Shown here: piece by piece, positions 1-8,088 of the stretch
How positions within the stretch are numbered: the first letter of the stretch is position 1
Layout of the letters: each line of letters begins with the position of its first letter
Source of the DNA: a virus
Lineage: Duplodnaviria; Caudoviricetes
IMG/VR virus record: IMGVR_UViG_3300038393_003190
Coordinates: 1 to 26,089 of that record
Reading direction: 5' to 3' (one strand)
DNA: 26,089 nucleotides
The notes under the pieces: model-generated
Seen by the model: only the letters and a program-made list of their open reading frames with translations
Databases searched by the model: none
Told to the model about the DNA's origin: nothing
Program-made: the position numbers and the translations under genes

Positions 1-357
1 TTATCCGGCCTGCTGAACACTACCGTGCTCCTTCAGTTCTTTTATCTCCATCTCAAAAGCGCGCATGCGGGCATGCAAAATATCCAGTTCAGTACGCATC
101 ATCTGTATTTCGGTAATCAGTTTTGGCGATTCGGCTTTGTTGATCTTCTTGTCGCCGGTTCCCAAAATGAGCCATTCAGGCGAATATTTAAGCTGAAAGC
201 ATAGTTTACTGATCAGATAATAACTCACCTCCTGCTTTTGATTGATCACCTTGCTGATAAAGCCCTGGTCGACACCAATAGCCCCGGCAAGCGCCAGCTG
301 GCCGCCATAATCTTTAACAATAATTTTTATGCGTTTTACAATACTATCGTCTACCAT
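1..357 (-). CDS. XRE/CI-like helix-turn-helix transcriptional regulator with C-terminal coiled coil
   Basis: HTH-like segment GQLALAGAIGVDQGFISKVINQK, followed by the SPEWLILGTG motif typical of CI N-terminal domains and a coiled-coil tail. The ATG at 357 (MVDDS) is preferred over the GTG at 381. Confidence 0.8.
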   Translation of the reverse strand: MVDDSIVKRIKIIVKDYGGQLALAGAIGVDQGFISKVINQKQEVSYYLISKLCFQLKYSPEWLILGTGDKKINKAESPKLITEIQMMRTELDILHARMRAFEMEIKELKEHGSVQQAG

Positions 358-444
358 ACGGTGCAAGTATAAGCAAACCACAATAAATGTAAAGCCTTAT
401 TTTTAAATGAAATATACATGGCTATTTTAAAGCCACTGCGGCCA

Positions 445-1137
445 TTAATGATTATGTTTTTTGTGGATGTCCTTAACCAGGCACAGCTTTTTAATATCAG
501 CTATTTTAATAGGGAAAGGCGCATATTTTAGCTGATGACCAATCATCTCGGTAGTATTGTCAGAGTGCGCAATCACCTCGCCTTCTTTATCGCTCAGCAA
601 TAAGCGCTTGTACATGCGGTAATCGCCCCATTCAATATAATAAACCTCGCCGGGTAATATTTTTTTGTCGTGGATAACCTTAAGCGCCACCCAGCAGCCG
701 TTCTCCAAATACGGATACATAGAATGCCCCCAAACCGGCAAAGCAAAGTCGCAATCTTCAATACCCGGAAAATTCATGCGCCCTACAGGCTGTGCATCAT
801 TAATATCGTTATAAACCTCAACACCCGAAGCTGTAGCCGTTATCTCGTACATAGGTATACCCTCGGCAACTTTTGAAACCTGTGTAGCAGGTACATGAGC
901 CACGCCGTCAATAAAATCTTTATAATGCGTTTTAAAAATTCTGAATTTTTCAGGATCGATGTTCTGGCGACTCTTGATGATCTCTGTAATGGAGCTTGCC
1001 GAATTAAAACCCAGCACCTCGGCCAGTTGCGCATTGCCTGTAAATGCCTTGCCTTTGAGCTGATTATATAAAATGATAAACTCCAGAGTTTCAGGACGAA
1101 TGTTCTTGATTTTATTGACTTTTTCGGGCGATTCCAT
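445..1137 (-). CDS. CI/LexA-like repressor: N-terminal HTH plus S24 autopeptidase domain
   Basis: HTH segment NAQLAEVLGFNSASSITEIIKSRQNI, S24 catalytic Ser motif VWGHSMYP, and Lys in MYKRL. The likely cleavage loop is YEITATASG. Confidence 0.88.
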   Translation of the reverse strand: MESPEKVNKIKNIRPETLEFIILYNQLKGKAFTGNAQLAEVLGFNSASSITEIIKSRQNIDPEKFRIFKTHYKDFIDGVAHVPATQVSKVAEGIPMYEITATASGVEVYNDINDAQPVGRMNFPGIEDCDFALPVWGHSMYPYLENGCWVALKVIHDKKILPGEVYYIEWGDYRMYKRLLLSDKEGEVIAHSDNTTEMIGHQLKYAPFPIKIADIKKLCLVKDIHKKHNH

Positions 1138-1167
1138 ATGCTGTTGAAAACTATTTTTAATTTTTTC

Positions 1168-1200
1168 TTGATTTTAAATACAGATATTTCTTTATATTTG
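1168..1200 (+). promoter_or_regulatory. Bacteroidota sigmaA-type promoter divergent from the repressor
   Basis: TATATTTG at 1193-1200 matches the TAnnTTTG -7 box, with TTG at 1168-1170 as a possible -33 element. Confidence 0.6.
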
Positions 1201-1375
1201 TATCGTTATCCGAAGCTAAACTAACACATATCTAAATACAATCCAAATAAAATTACAGAATATACAGAAAAATGAATACAGAACTACTGAAATACGATTT
1301 AAACTACAGGCAAGGCACCTACCCTTAGTTAAAGGAAACGACAAAAAACAATACCTGCCCATATGAAATACAGAA
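1179..1375 (+). repeat. Clustered TACAGA(A/T) motifs, candidate operator half-sites
   Basis: TACAGAT at 1179, and TACAGAA at 1254, 1263, 1277 and 1369, all in the divergent intergenic region. Confidence 0.4.
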
Positions 1376-1395
1376 TAGCCTAATACAACCAACCG

Positions 1396-1581
1396 ATGCA
1401 CATAGCCTACACCGCACTACAAGAAAGCAAACCGCGACCTACACACGGCAGCGTTACAGATGATAACCAATTACTCATCCGCTTAAAAGCTTATTACGCT
1501 GTTTGCGACAAGTACAGTAAAGAAATTACTGCCATACAAAAACACTTACCGGGATGGGTACCACCCTTTCCTGCCCTGTAA
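1396..1581 (+). CDS. Small hypothetical protein (61 aa)
   Basis: ORF downstream of the divergent promoter, followed by a GC hairpin. No recognisable domain. Confidence 0.55.
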   Translation: MHIAYTALQESKPRPTHGSVTDDNQLLIRLKAYYAVCDKYSKEITAIQKHLPGWVPPFPAL

Positions 1582-1612
1582 GGAAAAATTGAAAATACCT
1601 AAAAATTAATCC

Positions 1613-1642
1613 GGCCGCCAACAATGGCGGCCTAACCTTTTA
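1613..1642 (+). terminator. Putative intrinsic terminator or attenuator hairpin
   Basis: GGCCGCCA-ACAA-TGGCGGCC is a perfect 8-bp stem (1613-1632), followed by TAACCTTTTT. Confidence 0.5.
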
Positions 1643-1653
1643 TTGCATAAAAA

Positions 1654-2070
1654 ATGATAAAGATTACACAAAAACTAAAAGACAAACTATGGTGGATGAT
1701 CATTTCTGTTGATTATGATTACAGCCGCATTTCAGTAGCTGATCATGAGTTGAACGGCGAAATATTAACCCTTTGGCTGGAAGACAAGCACGATTTCAAA
1801 AACACACTCGACGAGTGCCTGCAGCTTGACATCAACACCAAACAATTTGCCAAGGTGATTAGGGCCGAAAATCTGAACAGCTATGAAGGCACCAAAATGC
1901 ACCCTAAAAAGCATTTTATTTATAAAACCCGTATTGAAATTAATGAACCGATAAGATGGTACCAGGAAGACGCGTCAGTAACCGAACAACGATGGGCGCG
2001 TGAGGCCGTAGTAAAAACCATCCTCACACAATTAGTGGAAACCGAGGTTGCCGAAGAAAAAATCTGGTAA
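1654..2070 (+). CDS. Hypothetical protein (138 aa)
   Basis: Clean ORF with an A-rich start context (ATAAAAAATG). No recognisable family. Confidence 0.75.
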   Translation: MIKITQKLKDKLWWMIISVDYDYSRISVADHELNGEILTLWLEDKHDFKNTLDECLQLDINTKQFAKVIRAENLNSYEGTKMHPKKHFIYKTRIEINEPIRWYQEDASVTEQRWAREAVVKTILTQLVETEVAEEKIW

Positions 2071-2073
2071 AAT

Positions 2074-2117
2074 ATTATGCCAAATAGCATATATGTCATA
2101 ATTTTTATTTATCTTTG
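2074..2117 (+). promoter_or_regulatory. Palindromic operator-like site TATGC-N6-GCATA next to a TAnnTTTG box (copy 1)
   Basis: ATTATGCCAAATAGCATAT at 2074-2092 is identical to 11133-11151. TATCTTTG lies at 2110-2117. Confidence 0.5.
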
Positions 2118-2151
2118 TATTGTCCGGCAATTAAAAGAGAAAATCTGTTGA

Positions 2152-2712
2152 TTACTTACGCAGCAGGTTGAAGGTGCCGCTCACCACATGCTCGCTCCCA
2201 TCATCGTCTTTTTTAGACATGAGGGTAGTAAATGTCCCCTTGGTTAACACGCTATCTTCCATGTATTTATTGAGGTGGATAGCATTTGATAGATTATTTC
2301 CAGCTTTATTTGAAAGCGCCAGTTGTTTAATGTGTTTTCCGTCGATATTAAACAACAGTTGGCCGCCGGCTATCACATTATCCAACTCAGGCCCGGCAAA
2401 GCCCGGCGAACTGATTCCAAAACTTACGGTATGTGCCTTATTAATAGCAGTTAAGCCAAAGTATTTATTACTGTCGATATTAACGTTGATGAAAGCTATC
2501 GAGTCTTTGGTGGCATCGAATGTGTAGGTCGAATCGTCGACCGTGATGCTGAGCGTGCCTTTTCTTGCAAAGAAATTGCCTGAGTTGTCGCTGGTATCCG
2601 GCTTAACCAATGGTTTAACTAAAGCTCCATCTGCAGGCTGCTCATCTTTCTGGCAGGATACAATCACTGCCGAAAAGAAAAAAGCGACTAACAGAGCTCT
2701 AAAAAACTTCAT
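2152..2712 (-). CDS. Putative surface lipoprotein (host-like)
   Basis: The ATG at 2712 gives MKFFRALLVAFFFSAVIVS-C-QKDEQ, a lipoprotein signal with K/D/E residues after the Cys, then a beta-rich body. A promoter-like TATCTTCG lies on the minus strand at 2737-2744. Confidence 0.75.
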   Translation of the reverse strand: MKFFRALLVAFFFSAVIVSCQKDEQPADGALVKPLVKPDTSDNSGNFFARKGTLSITVDDSTYTFDATKDSIAFINVNIDSNKYFGLTAINKAHTVSFGISSPGFAGPELDNVIAGGQLLFNIDGKHIKQLALSNKAGNNLSNAIHLNKYMEDSVLTKGTFTTLMSKKDDDGSEHVVSGTFNLLRK

Positions 2713-2879
2713 AAAAAGGCTTATTGTAAGTTTATACGAAGATAAGGGACAATTAGTTGTTTCTGAACAGCATTTAACAAATTTTAACGTTAAAACTGTG
2801 CCAATAGCAGTCAAAACTGCATTATTTAAAAAGTTTCACAGGGGCATGTCAATCACCCGCTTAAAACCCAACCTGAGTC

Positions 2880-3284
2880 ATGGCCAAAACAAAACATAAA
2901 TTCAACAACCGTGAGTCATTAAACAGACTCATTGACGAGTATTTTGAACGTTCAAAAAACAATACAGACAAAAATGTCGACCCGATTACCATTACAGGCC
3001 TTGCGCTTTATTTAGGCTTTGCCAGTAAAGAAGTATTTGATGAGTATGAGCAAATGGACAGATACAAAGATAGCTTGTCGCGCGGCCGTTTCAGGGTGAT
3101 GGCATACTATGAAAGCCGACTGCACTACCCTGCCCCCACCGGGGCCATGTTTGCCTTAAAAAGCATGGGTTGGGGCGACAAGGCGAAAGCCAAAAAAGCA
3201 GGTAACAAGACAAAATCGCTCACCGTGAAGGTGATCGAGACCGGTCCGCAGCCGGCATCTACCGAAAAAGAAGTAACGCTTTAA
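2880..3284 (+). CDS. terS: Terminase small subunit (P22 gp3-like DNA-packaging protein)
   Basis: PITITGLALYLGF..K..FDEY and GAMFALKSMGW motifs, and position immediately upstream of terL. Confidence 0.8.
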   Translation: MAKTKHKFNNRESLNRLIDEYFERSKNNTDKNVDPITITGLALYLGFASKEVFDEYEQMDRYKDSLSRGRFRVMAYYESRLHYPAPTGAMFALKSMGWGDKAKAKKAGNKTKSLTVKVIETGPQPASTEKEVTL

Positions 3285-3311
3285 AAATCGCCCAAAAACC
3301 AAACTAAAATT

Positions 3312-4538
3312 ATGATTGCTAATGATTATGAAGCGTCTGTATTGTTCAGGCGCAACTATTTCTCAAAGGCACATGTGGTCATTAACCAGGGCGGCACCAG
3401 CTCGGGTAAAACCTACGCCATTGAGCAGGTTTTATTTTGCCTGGCTGCAGAGAATGACAAACAAGTGATTACCGTTGTTGGCCAGGACATACCCAACCTT
3501 AAAGCCGGCGCCCTGCGCGATGCTTTGAGCCTTTACAACAGGTCTGACCAGCTGAAAAGCCTGATCAGAAATTTCAATAAGACCGACCGTATTTTTGAGT
3601 TTTACAATGATTCTATCATTGAGTTCAAGAGCTACGCCAATGCGCAGGACGCCAAGTCGGGCAAGCGCGATTATTTGTTTATCAATGAAGCCAATGGTAT
3701 TGAATGGAACATCTTCACCGAATTGGCGCTGCGAACACGGAATCGCATATTTATCGACTACAACCCCAATGCTGAATTTTGGGTTCATGACCAACTAATT
3801 GGCAAGCCCGGCGTAGAGCTGATTATATCCGACTATCGGCACAACCCATTCCTTGACCCGGCCATGGGCGATAAGATTGAAAGCATCAAAGAAACCGATA
3901 CCGAACTGTGGAAAGTTTACGCTCGTGGCCTTACCGGCCGTATAAGCGGACTAATTTTCACCAATTGGTTTGTAGTTGATGATATCCCTGCCGATGGCAA
4001 ACTCATTGGCGCGGGGCTGGACTTTGGTTTCAGTAATGACCAAACAGGCTGCTTGCAGGTTTACCTGCAAAATGGTGAGTTATGGATTGACGAGCTTTTT
4101 TATGATACCGAGTTAACCAATAAAGATATCTCCGCCAAATTATCCGCCAACGGGGTAAACAAAAATACGGAGATCATTGCTGACAGTGCCGAGCCTAAGT
4201 CCATCGAAGAATTGCGGAGAATGGGCTGGCTTGTATCGCCGGCGAAGAAGGGTGCCGACAGTGTCAATAACTCAATAGACATTTTAAAACGCTATAAACT
4301 AAACATCACGCGGCGTAGCATTAACCTGCGCAAGGAATTGGGGCGGTATAAATGGAAGGTCGATCGCTCAGGTAAACCATTGAATGAACCAGTCGACACC
4401 TGGAACCATTTGATTGATCCATTGCGGTATGTGGCGCTTAATAAATTGAAAACCAGATCGGCATCCCCACGCAAATCAAAACTACCCTACAAAGAAACCT
4501 TTACACCCGGCAACCTTACAGATTTATTTAAAACATGA
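3312..4538 (+). CDS. terL: Terminase large subunit, PBSX family
   Basis: Walker A QGGTSSGKT, Walker B YLFINEA, coupling motif DYNP, and nuclease motifs GLDFGFSND, ADSAEP and NHLIDPLRY. Confidence 0.95.
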   Translation: MIANDYEASVLFRRNYFSKAHVVINQGGTSSGKTYAIEQVLFCLAAENDKQVITVVGQDIPNLKAGALRDALSLYNRSDQLKSLIRNFNKTDRIFEFYNDSIIEFKSYANAQDAKSGKRDYLFINEANGIEWNIFTELALRTRNRIFIDYNPNAEFWVHDQLIGKPGVELIISDYRHNPFLDPAMGDKIESIKETDTELWKVYARGLTGRISGLIFTNWFVVDDIPADGKLIGAGLDFGFSNDQTGCLQVYLQNGELWIDELFYDTELTNKDISAKLSANGVNKNTEIIADSAEPKSIEELRRMGWLVSPAKKGADSVNNSIDILKRYKLNITRRSINLRKELGRYKWKVDRSGKPLNEPVDTWNHLIDPLRYVALNKLKTRSASPRKSKLPYKETFTPGNLTDLFKT

Positions 4539-5236
4539 TTGAAAAAACCGTAAAAACCTTAACAGGCAAGCTTAGCATTAAAATACCCTCGGCTTTAACC
4601 GAACTAAATCTGGGACAGCTGATGCAGATGCAGGCCATTGAACAATTAAGCGACCTGGATGCTATCAGCATACTATCAGGTATACCTGTGGCCGATTTAA
4701 AAAATGTAGTTCATTTTAATGAGTTTGATGTGTTTGGCGATGCGATATTATCGCTGTCCGGCCAAATCAAATATCTGTACAATGCCGAGGCTATTCCTGA
4801 TAAGATATCTTTTGATATCGACGGCAAAAAGGTGAACGTCAAAGTAAACCGCAACCTGTCCATTGAGCCGGCCGGCGCATTCATGGCTTCGCGCGATATT
4901 ATTGCCGAAGAGATCAGCAATCACATCAAACAACATGGCGAGGAAGATTGGCAGACAACTTTTAACCCATCTTTAAAAGCCTGTTGCCAGGTGCTAGCTC
5001 AGTACTGTTATTGTCGCGCTACCGGCAATCGGTACGACGAATACAAGGCCGAAGAATTTGCCGAAACCATTAAAACACTTGGGGTAACGGAGGCTCTGCC
5101 CATCGCCCGATATTTTTTTATGAGCTTTCTGGGCTTATCGAGACCGAAAACCGGCTTCTGGCGGCGCCTGCGACAGCCCTGGAGAAAAAAGCCGGAATAC
5201 AGGCTTTCGAAAAGTTTAAATATATCAATACCATAA
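4535..5236 (+). CDS. Probable tail assembly chaperone (gpG-like, zero-frame product)
   Basis: ATGA overlap with terL. It contains in-frame slippery heptamers T TTT TTT (5113-5119) and A AAA AAG (5185-5191) leading into an open -1 frame. Confidence 0.6.
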   Translation: MIEKTVKTLTGKLSIKIPSALTELNLGQLMQMQAIEQLSDLDAISILSGIPVADLKNVVHFNEFDVFGDAILSLSGQIKYLYNAEAIPDKISFDIDGKKVNVKVNRNLSIEPAGAFMASRDIIAEEISNHIKQHGEEDWQTTFNPSLKACCQVLAQYCYCRATGNRYDEYKAEEFAETIKTLGVTEALPIARYFFMSFLGLSRPKTGFWRRLRQPWRKKPEYRLSKSLNISIP

Positions 5237-5379
5237 ACTCATTAGCCGGCGGCGATATTACCAAATGGACCGAGGTATTAAATATGCCCTATGACAGGGT
5301 GCTTACCAAGCTCCTGCTCAACAAAACCGAAGCCGAGTATCAGCGCAAATATGCAGAGCTGCTGCAGGCCCAGCGATAG
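5113..5379 (+). CDS. -1 frameshift extension (gpGT-like C-terminal part), absent from the ORF track
   Basis: The -1 frame is open from 5074 to TAG at 5377-5379 and reads ...YELSGLIETENRLLAAPATALEKKAGIQAFEKFKYINTINSLAGGDITKWTEVLNMPYDRVLTKLLLNKTEAEYQRKYAELLQAQR. It has no ATG until 5284. Confidence 0.7.
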   Translation, partial: FFYELSGLIETENRLLAAPATALEKKAGIQAFEKFKYINTINSLAGGDITKWTEVLNMPYDRVLTKLLLNKTEAEYQRKYAELLQAQR

Positions 5380-5426
5380 TATAAAAATTACGGTTGTCTT
5401 TCGAACAATCATTAAACAACAAACCC

Positions 5427-5876
5427 ATGCCTATACGCAATCAAATAGAAGCCGTAGTTCAAACCATAACCGGCAGCCCCTCATTTATTTACGGCACTGC
5501 TAACGAGCTTAATTTATTAGCAGACGATGCCGTTTTTCCCTGTGTCTTCCTGTATCCTCCGCAAAGCATTAACCTGTCGCCGCAAATTAATGGTTCGGTG
5601 GATAATACTTTCAGTATCACGCTTGATTTTCTGTTTAAAACAGATTTCGACCAATATACTGCCGACAATGAAAGCTTTGTAAGCCAGGCGCTTTTTATGG
5701 CCAACCAGTTTATTGCTAAAGCTTCAACTTATCGCCAGGGGGATGGCCGCTACTTCAGGATAAAAGCTGGCGACAAGGCCAAATGTATACCGGTTTACAA
5801 CAAATTCGATGTCAATACAACGGGCGTTAGTTTAACTATTACGCTGGCGACAATGTATTTCAACGATTTACAGTAA
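5427..5876 (+). CDS. Putative tail completion/terminator-like protein
   Basis: About 149 aa from the ATG at 5427 (MPIRNQ). It has an FPCVFLYP motif and an alpha/beta pattern ending in TGVSLTITL, and its size and context fit tail terminators. Confidence 0.5.
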   Translation: MPIRNQIEAVVQTITGSPSFIYGTANELNLLADDAVFPCVFLYPPQSINLSPQINGSVDNTFSITLDFLFKTDFDQYTADNESFVSQALFMANQFIAKASTYRQGDGRYFRIKAGDKAKCIPVYNKFDVNTTGVSLTITLATMYFNDLQ

Positions 5877-5910
5877 TCCTTCTATTTCAAATCATTAATT
5901 AAAATTCAGT

Positions 5911-8001
5911 ATGGGATTAAATTGCTATATCAGGGCTCTTGAAAAAGAATACTCTACCGATGGCGCCTACAAGATAACCACCGCCAAAGTTTACGCGTTT
6001 ATAGTCGACGATTTTGACCAACCAACCGATGGCAACGGCGCTACCATTAATTACTTTATCAGCGAAAACCACGCCATTACAGGCACCGGCCAAGCCATTG
6101 CCATGGGGCAACAAGTTTTGTTGTTTGATGGTATTGTAGAGCGCGATCTGGATAACGGCGACGGCACATTTACGATTGAATACACCAAAACATTTGGGCT
6201 CGACAGCATCGTCCCGGCGCAAAGCCCGGCACCTCCGGTAAACAACTGCGACCTGTTGATCAACAGCATTAGTGTGGATAGCCCTGAGTCTGCACCCGGT
6301 GCAATGGATGGACAAATAAGTGTACACGCTTCGTCGAGTTATTTGCCGCTGCAGTACAGTTTGGATGGTGTTCACTTTCAATCGTCCAATATATTTACGG
6401 GATTGAGCGGCGGATTAAAAACCGTCACAGTTCAAGATGCCAACTCCATCGGTTGTGTTGAATCGCAGGCGGTTACCGTGCTGGTATTGAATGGCCTGCT
6501 CATCAAAGATCCGTCAGTCAACATCAACGGCAATATAAGCCGATGGAATGCCGCCTTCAACCCCATTGTGTTTACCTACCAACGCCGGGATTTTGGAGTA
6601 ATTAGTGTCGCCTACGATATAACGTACGGCAAGCCACGTGTAACCGTAAGCGCCAACCTAAGCGGATTGGCAACCGGCGATCAGATTTATATCAATGCCG
6701 GCTCTTATCAGGGTGTATTTAGCACGGTTGCTGTTTCACAGAATTCGTTCGTCATCGATACACCTTTTACAGATGGTATTTCAACTGGTTTTGTCAATAT
6801 CAACAAGCTAAGGCCGTATTACCGATTGCTCACCAACATTACTTACCAGGATGTCAAAACGGGTACAACACAAACCATCACCTCAACCAACCGGCCCGAT
6901 AACACGGGGCTAATCAGGGCAGACCTGTCCAACTTTTTGCAATCGTTATTGATTGCAAAAGATGACAGCGGCTACACCCAAGCCAATTTTAAAGACAGCA
7001 ACCTGAGCGCCTCTTATCAAATTAGCTATGCCGAACAATGGGATGACCCGAAGGCTACAACTGTTGATGCGCCGCCTATTACATCAAACACCATAAGCCT
7101 CACAGAACCCTATTATGTTGTTTATGCTGCCAAACAATTGGGCGAGCGTTATGGTGGTAATCTGGCGGCTTATGTGCCTTTTGCTAACGGGCAGCCGCTT
7201 GCAAAATGGGTCACTGATTTTGTTGAACCGGCTTATTCAAACGGGTATCCGTTCGATATCGGTTTTATTTATGGCGACAGCATCGTCGGCCAAAACATTT
7301 ATTGCGAACTGACCATGCTGGACATCAACAGAAATCCATTGTCCGGCACATCGCAAGATATCAGTTTATTGAATGAGGATGGCTCATGGTTACTTAACCA
7401 GGACGGCAGTAAGCTATTGATCGCCCGGCAAAATCCAACCGGTAGTACGCTGCCCCAGAAATTGGGTCTGAACAGGTTATTGGTTAACACCGATTTCCCT
7501 GCCGATGCGCACTATTTTAACATCACCCTAAAATATAATGACGGCATTGACACTCAATCTATCACCCAAACACAAACCGTGCGCATTGATGATGCGGTTG
7601 ATGAGCAATCAGTTTATTTACGCTGGATTGGGCTTTCGGGTTCGTGGAACTACTATCGCTTTGTTTATAATCAGGAGATTACACTGGATGTGCAAAATGC
7701 CACCATCATTAAAAATTATGTGACCGACTGGGAGAACCAGCAAGGGATTGAAGAGGTGATCAGCAAATCGGCGGGACAAAAAATGAAGGTAATGGCCGAA
7801 GATCTTGCCGTCGGCGATATCAAAGGGCTGCAATCCATCAAATACTCGCCTAAGGTGCAAATGTTGATGAGCAAAAGCCCTGTTAAATGGCAAACCGTAG
7901 TGCTCAATACCGCAACCTTTAGCGAGTACGAAACATTGAACGGCCGCGCTCCCTTCAGCGTGACATTTAACTTGCCGGGCATCAACATACAAACCCAATA
8001 A
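5911..8001 (+). CDS. Tail tip/baseplate structural protein with a SprB-like repeat
   Basis: Beta-rich 696 aa. C-terminal VYLRWIGLSGSWNYYRF...SPKVQML domain of the kind seen in Bacteroidota phage tail proteins, an internal SprB-like repeat, and an LLNEDGSWLLNQDG motif. Confidence 0.6.
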   Translation: MGLNCYIRALEKEYSTDGAYKITTAKVYAFIVDDFDQPTDGNGATINYFISENHAITGTGQAIAMGQQVLLFDGIVERDLDNGDGTFTIEYTKTFGLDSIVPAQSPAPPVNNCDLLINSISVDSPESAPGAMDGQISVHASSSYLPLQYSLDGVHFQSSNIFTGLSGGLKTVTVQDANSIGCVESQAVTVLVLNGLLIKDPSVNINGNISRWNAAFNPIVFTYQRRDFGVISVAYDITYGKPRVTVSANLSGLATGDQIYINAGSYQGVFSTVAVSQNSFVIDTPFTDGISTGFVNINKLRPYYRLLTNITYQDVKTGTTQTITSTNRPDNTGLIRADLSNFLQSLLIAKDDSGYTQANFKDSNLSASYQISYAEQWDDPKATTVDAPPITSNTISLTEPYYVVYAAKQLGERYGGNLAAYVPFANGQPLAKWVTDFVEPAYSNGYPFDIGFIYGDSIVGQNIYCELTMLDINRNPLSGTSQDISLLNEDGSWLLNQDGSKLLIARQNPTGSTLPQKLGLNRLLVNTDFPADAHYFNITLKYNDGIDTQSITQTQTVRIDDAVDEQSVYLRWIGLSGSWNYYRFVYNQEITLDVQNATIIKNYVTDWENQQGIEEVISKSAGQKMKVMAEDLAVGDIKGLQSIKYSPKVQMLMSKSPVKWQTVVLNTATFSEYETLNGRAPFSVTFNLPGINIQTQ

Positions 8002-8003
8002 TT

Positions 8004-8086
8004 TGGTGAATAGCGAGTGGTCAATTTTGTCCTCATCATCACTATTCAAAACTCACTACTCACCATTCACTACTCACCACTCACTA
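8004..8086. repeat. Degenerate 7-mer inverted repeat element
   Basis: Left arm GTGAATA GCGAGTG GTCAATT. Right arm ACTCACT ACTCACC ATTCACT ACTCACC ACTCACT, ending 2 nt before the ATG at 8089. Confidence 0.75.
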
Positions 8087-8088
8087 TC

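Noticed and set aside
2713-2814. Longer start for the lipoprotein ORF (similarly 5394, 381 and 11830 for other genes)
   Set aside because: Downstream ATGs give a proper signal peptide or start context and avoid promoter or gene overlap.
5291-5503. 70-aa + strand ORF from the track
   Set aside because: It overlaps both the more convincing -1 frame extension (to 5379) and the 5427 gene, and the sequence is not protein-like.
8017-8088. N-terminal extension of the 704-aa ORF
   Set aside because: It is a translation of the 7-mer repeat (LLTIHYSPLTI). The ATG at 8089 is the credible start.
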